A model generated the notes under the pieces. That model did no database searches. It was not told where the DNA came from and was given only the letters and a program-made list of their open reading frames with translations. Made by a program: the position numbers and the translations under genes. Shown in pieces: positions 57,065 through 64,000 of a DNA stretch of 64,000 bases (the first letter of the stretch is position 1; every line of letters starts with the position of its first letter). The DNA lies in assembly GCA_012295275.1 (NCBI GenBank), contig CM022665.1:44826001-44890000 (forward strand). Direction: 5' to 3'. Origin of the DNA: Chrysomallon squamiferum (lineage: Eukaryota; Animalia; Mollusca).

Positions 57065-58962
57065 ATGAGAATGAGAGAGAGAATGATGTAAACAAGATAA
57101 GAGAGAGAGTATAGAGAGAAGAGAGAGAGATATGTTCATTTGACAGAGAGAGAGAGAAATGTAATTATAATTATTACTTAAATGCAAAAAGTAAAGAATT
57201 AAAGTTTACTTTAAAAAAACCACCGGTGATTGTAAACATCTTAACTTCTTAGAAATAAAAAAAGATAATGATAATAATAGATGGCGTTCCATTTCTAGTT
57301 AATATCCTATTCTTGATAATCAGCTCAGTCGGTTTCGACTTTAATTTATTTAATGTCAGATTTGGCATGTACTGCTGAAGCAAGTGTGGTCAAAATGACA
57401 CTTAATATTTCTATACTTCATGACTCTTTTTTTTTTTTTTTTTTTTTTAGTTTGTTTTATTTCGATCCATTTTTGTGTGTGTGTGGGGGTCTTCAGGGGT
57501 ATTTAATTGATTTTGTTTTGTTTCTTTCTTTTTTATGTGTTTATTTATTTATTTATTTATTTATAATTTTTTTTTTTTTTTTACTCTTTTTCTTTTCCGA
57601 TCGTTACCGTATTTCATACGGTAAAGGCGCATCTGGCTGTTGAATATATTCCGCGTTCGTACTATTACAATCGTAACTATGTCGATGTGACGTAAGCACG
57701 GAAACAAACGACGTTACGTTACATCAGTATGGTAATAAAAAGCCGATACAGACTCGGGAGATTCATTCGTCCTTTGAAACAAGGGGAAAAGCGTTTCAAC
57801 CAATACAGACCTCATCCTTTCTCTCAGTCTATTAATATTTTACACAGCAGAAGAGTTCGTTATAGCCGTTTAGAGCTTTGACTACAGAACAAACTAAATT
57901 ATTCTGTTCCCTTTGTGCGACCCGGCCGTGGTGGTTGTCAGGTAAGGTGCGCTGACGTCAAGCATACAACAGCGGCGACGTGGTCACGTTATTCATCTTA
58001 CGGAATAAATGTCGTAAACGACGACGACGACATTATATTTTTTTATGATCGATCGCGATATTGATGATGGCTGTTTGCTTCATCTGTTTGTTAATTCATA
58101 TCGTTTAGTTTTATCTTTACAGACTCTTAAGACGAAATAAAGACCTATTAACTGTGGACGGTATTTTATTCTCAGGTTATTTATTGCCCACATCAAAGGA
58201 CACGATTAAAAGGAACACGATTCGATTGTTTAGTTTATTTTATTTTGTTTTTAGCTCAGATTATTAATTCTTGATATTTTATTTTATTTTATTTTATTTT
58301 ATTTTTTTTATTTTTATTTTTTATTTTTATTTTTTTATTTTTTTTTATCTGTCGTCGTCATTATTATTTATTTATTGATTTGTTTATTTCTCTCAGTATC
58401 CATCTATTTATAAATTTATTTATTTTATTTATTAGCTATCTGCCTGTCTGTCTGTCAGTCTCTTTCCAACGTCAAACTGCATTTATTAAAACTAAATAAT
58501 AATAATAATAATAATAATTACAACAATAATAATAATAATAATAATAATAACAATATCAATAGTAACAATAATAATAATAATAATAATAACAATAACAATA
58601 ATAATAATAACAACAATAACAATAATAATAATAACAACAACAATAAAACAATAATAATAATAATAACAACAACAATAATAATAATAACAACAATAACAAT
58701 AATAACAATATAATAACAATAATAATAATAATAACAATAACAACAACAACAACAATAACAATAACAATAACAATAATAATAATAATAACAACAACAATAA
58801 TAATAATAACAATAACAATAATAATTACAATATTCAGAACATGAAGCACCATTTTTTTCCTGGCTCGCACGACGTCCGCCATCTTGGTTTGATTTCATTT
58901 TTGCATGTTTTCTCTGCTGCTATAGAACAGGTGCTGTGCACGATATGGAATTAACTTGAGTA

Positions 58963-59032
58963 ATACTGAATAGCAGATACTGAATAGCAGATTCTGAACA
59001 GCAGATACGGAACAGCAGATACGGAACAGCAG
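58963..59032. repeat. 14-bp tandem repeat (gaa[t/c]agcagatac[t/g]) x4-5
   Basis: Directly visible. Confidence 0.8.
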
Positions 59033-59347
59033 AACGAGAAATACAATCTCATAGTTACCACTGAATGTGTAATTCGATCTAAAGCCCTTTGTAGAATACA
59101 GCGCACGCTTCAGAGTATCAGGTTGATTATTTATTTATTTGTTTGTTTGTTTGTTTGTTTATATATTTATTATTATTTATTTGTTTATATATTTGTCTAT
59201 TTGTTTATTTTTCTTGTTTGTTTGTGCTTGTTTGTTTATAATTATTATTTTTAATTTTTTTTTAAATTTTATTTCATCTGATTTATTATCATTATCATCG
59301 TCATCATTATCATTTACTTACTGCTATATGTTCTATAATTATTAGTA

Positions 59348-59600
<253 letters not shown>

Positions 59601-60216
59601 CAGAAAGAACGAGAGACAGAGACAGACAGACAGACAGAGAGTCCCTTTCCCCAGCTGCAGTCACCCAAATTAATTAATTCTTGCATGTATTACAGAAGTA
59701 TTTTCGGCCAACATCATCATTTTATTACAGCATGCACGCTATGCGTTATTGCATATCCTCGCTGCTTTTCAAAATCAATAACTCAATATTCAGGAGCGGC
59801 TCCTGAAGGGGAGGGTGTTGGTGGTGGTGGTGGTGGTGTCGGTGTTGGTGGGGGTGGGGGTTGTTTTCTCGGAACGTCAGCAATCACGACGACAACTACA
59901 GTCTGCACGCATTATAAAGAGTCTCTACTACATGATTCGTACTTGACCCGTTTTTTTTTTCCCATTTTCACCAAACTGTACGTTATAATTTATATATATA
60001 TATATATATATATATAGATATATATATCCATTGGAAACTGAACACTTCGCCGTATCAAGCTACACAATACTTTTTCATCGCATGCTTGTAAATAATTTAG
60101 ACACGTAGACAGACACGGGGGGATACGAACCAATGTTTACTAATACACTTTCCTCTGAAAGCGAATCCTCGGACCCCCACCCCACCCCGACGCACATAAT
60201 TTCCTTGACCCACCCA

Positions 60217-60251
<35 letters not shown>

Positions 60252-60637
60252 GTTGTTGTTGTTGTTGTTGTTGTTTTTTTTCCTGTTAGTTATAACAGAG
60301 GCGAAATATGAATGGGAAAAAAAAAAAAAAAAAAAAAAATTAGAATATATAGAAAACCACTCTTGGGAATACGCTTGCAACTCAGGTTGTTCGCGGTTCT
60401 TCGTGGTTTTTCAACGCGTACCGCCGTTCCATGTTTCTAATGCAATATTCCAATTCTGGGCTTACTCTGTGGCAAGTAATTAAAACTCGCTGGAGAACAA
60501 AAAGAGCCGAGTTTTCTGCGCTCGCTCGCTGGCTCGGTAATTATTTAAGTGGGTCGTGTTTTTCGAGAGTCACCGCTTTAAACGATTTGTGCATTGGGAA
60601 GGTTTATATACGTTACATATCGAGAGCGAGTCCCCAG

Positions 60638-60842
<205 letters not shown>

Positions 60843-61540
60843 TGTGTGACTGTGTTATAAACAAGTGAATGGAGAGAGTGTGAGTGAACACAATTGTCGA
60901 TGTGGTGTTTTATTGCTCTGTGTTGAGTGCGCGTGTTTTCCTGATTACGAGTGTTTGCGTGCAAGAGAGTTTGTACAACTGTTGTGTCTGTCTACACAGG
61001 AGATAGTAGGTCAGTGTGTGTAACTGAGTCGATAGCTATACATACATACAGATAGTAACACAGACAGAAACACAGAGAGATAGACAGATAGTTAGAGACA
61101 GACAGACAAACAGAGATAGATAGATAGACAGACAGACAGAACGATAGATAGATAGATAGACAGACATAGATAGAGAAATAGAGATAGATAGATAGAGACA
61201 GACATAGACAGATAGATAGATAGATAGATAGATAGACAGAACGATAGATAGATAGACAGACAGACACAGATAGAGAGAGATAGAGAGATAGATAGAGACA
61301 GACATAGATAGATAGATATAGAGATAGACAGTCAGACAGATATACAGATATTAGACAGATAGATATATAAATAGAACGGTAGATAGATAGATAGATTGGA
61401 AGTTATATATATAGACAAACTGATTGTCAGACAGATAGACATACTGATAAATGGATAGACAGTCAGATATAAAAATAAATAGATAGACAGACAGAATTCA
61501 TTCTTTGGCTCGCTCTCTCTTTATTTTCCTCTTTCCCACG

Positions 61541-61642
<102 letters not shown>

Positions 61643-62809
61643 CCATCTCGGTTTACAAAACGCTGAATTCGTCTAACACAATAGCTCTCGCAATAACGAA
61701 CGTGTCGATATTTTCGCGTATTGTTTCCGTATGACGTAAGCACAGAACACAGCGGGTCAGGAATTGATGCATCTTCACAATTCTCATTCATAATTAACCT
61801 TCAAATACAAAAATAGAACTTCTTTTCTTTTGCCTGTTTTTGTTTTTGTATTTGTATTTGTATTTTTTATTTTTTATTTTTTTTTTATCGTTAATCAAAC
61901 AGAAAATTGTTAGAATTAATCAATAATAACTTATTTTCGAAATAACTGATTACGAGATAAACACGTATGTATGCACAGAAACAGACAGACAAATACAGAC
62001 AGACAAACACAGACAGACAAACACAGACAGACTATACATACACTGTTAATTAAATAATACTTTAATAAATATTTACATAATAATTTTATGTGTATGTGTG
62101 TATGTATCTATGTTTGTTTGTATGTATGTACAAGTGCGTGAATGTTTATCTGTGTATGTAGTTGTGTGTATGATGTATGCATGTATGCATGCATGTATAC
62201 ATGTTTGTAAGTATGTATGTTTGTATGTGTGTATGTGTGTCTGTACGTGCGCATGTCTCTGTCTTTACCTACTCTCATAATTTAACATTGCTTTTTTTGT
62301 TGTTGTTGTTGTTGTTTGTTTGTTGTTGGGTTGTTGTTGTTGTTTTGTATTTTTGTTTGTTGTTTTTATTAATTTTGCTTTATTTTTCTTTCTTTATTAT
62401 TACCATATATTTTCAACGAGTATTATATATATTTTTTTACGCTGCCAATAAAACACCTCTTGAAACGGCCTGTTTGACGTAGAGTCTGTTGGAGATCGCG
62501 TGCAGTTTGAAAATGGCTGCGATAAAACTTAATCAAGAAATGAATTCTTTCGTGATCAGATGATGTAACTGTTGTCAGGACTGCTGTGACATGTCACAAG
62601 TGTCACCAGTATCCGCGTTTTAGATTTAAACGCTTGGCGTTTTTGGTTTCGACCGTAAATTTGTTCAGAGGAACGTTTTTACCCTGCTAAAGTAAGTGGA
62701 CGTTTTAACGAGGCACGTGCGTAAAGGGTGACCTAGTTTATCTTTCATTTTAATTTGTGAAAAGTTTAGTAAGCGATTTATTCATTTACTGGCTTGTTTG
62801 TTCGTTTGT

Positions 62810-62858
<49 letters not shown>

Positions 62859-63916
62859 GAGTTGTTTTTCCTTTCTTTTCTTGTATTTTTTTTTAATTAA
62901 ATTTCTTTAAGTTAGTTGTTTTTTCTTTTGTTTTCTTTTCTTGTTTATTTTTTTATTATTATTATTTACTTTTTTTTTAATTAAATTTCTTTTACTTATT
63001 AACTTGTATATCGCATGTTTTTTATCATGATTCAATTTTTAATAATGTAAAAAACTCTTAATGCTGATTTGCAACACTTTACTGAACACTATCCTTATTA
63101 CTGATACTGTAATGGATATTAATGGCGTGTTTACACGAATCGTCATTTCCCCGTGTGGTATGTCGCGGATCTGTTGCCATGGACAACGATTAACGATTAA
63201 AAGCAATTATCTTTCGCTAACACTTTCCACAAAACAAACAAAACAAAAAAAAATAAAAAATAAAAAATAAAAAAAAGATATCTGTTACAGTTATTCATAC
63301 ATCACTTTTTGGTCATCGGCGTTACGGGAAATTAAACTAAATGGTGCAGTAAAGTATCGATCCCGAAGCCCTCTACACTTCATGTAGAGTTTCTTTTAGC
63401 ACGGTTCACCATTTCACGGGTGAGTGACTTTTTTCAGAATTATAAAAAAAAAAAAAAAAAACTACATGAAAGAGAAATTAAAGGCAAATCGATCGGCCAT
63501 ATATGACGTCACAATGACGCAAAAACATTGTGTGACCAAAGGAGCCAAAGGAAAAAAAAAATAAAAATAAAATAAAATAAAAAATTAATAAAAACTGTGG
63601 ACGTAATCTGCTGGAAAAAAATAACGACATTTTTTTTTTTTTTACGCTTAAGAATGGACAGTAATTTCTGCACTGTGGTGTAACTGACTGCTATCGGCAG
63701 GTGGTCGTATCTGTGAGTGCTCGCCAAGCACGGCGCTATGAAAATGAACGTCGATAACAGTCAGATGCGATCTGTCTCGAAGTCACTGAAGTAATCCGAT
63801 TATAACTCGTTTCGAAAAGTTATCAAGTGTGAACGCGTCTTAACGATACCCAGGAAAAGGTTCGATGCGTGCAGCCGTGCGGTGATAAATAACAACAAGA
63901 GCAACAGCTACAACTG

Positions 63917-63962
<46 letters not shown>

Positions 63963-64000
63963 TATCATTATTATTATTATTATTGTTATTATTATTATTA

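Overview
This is animal genomic DNA, not prokaryotic: AT-rich, packed with microsatellites, and probably molluscan/lophotrochozoan (an inference from repeat style). The window holds one intron-rich gene on the minus strand, a group I metabotropic glutamate receptor (class C GPCR, GRM1/GRM5-like). Seven coding exons splice in frame: 51672/51652-51010, 20632-20386, 18369-18134, 5209-4966, 4212-4029, 3473-3353 and 2127-1242/1238. Together they encode a Venus-flytrap domain, a Cys-rich domain and 7TM, about 860 aa within the window. Four features of the gene stand out. (1) The signal-peptide ATG is one base out of frame with the rest of exon 1. (2) Intron 2 is GC-AG. (3) The apparent stop overlaps a splice donor, so a longer C-tail probably lies left of the window. 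(4) RFX X-box-like palindromes recur in intronic islands. The introns also contain decayed Tc1/mariner and tRNA-SINE fragments, a duplicated CRE-bearing mini inverted-repeat element, and many mini- and microsatellites. Nearly all other ORFs in the track are simple-repeat or antisense artefacts. I found no CRISPR array, rRNA, intact tRNA or convincingly novel multi-gene system.
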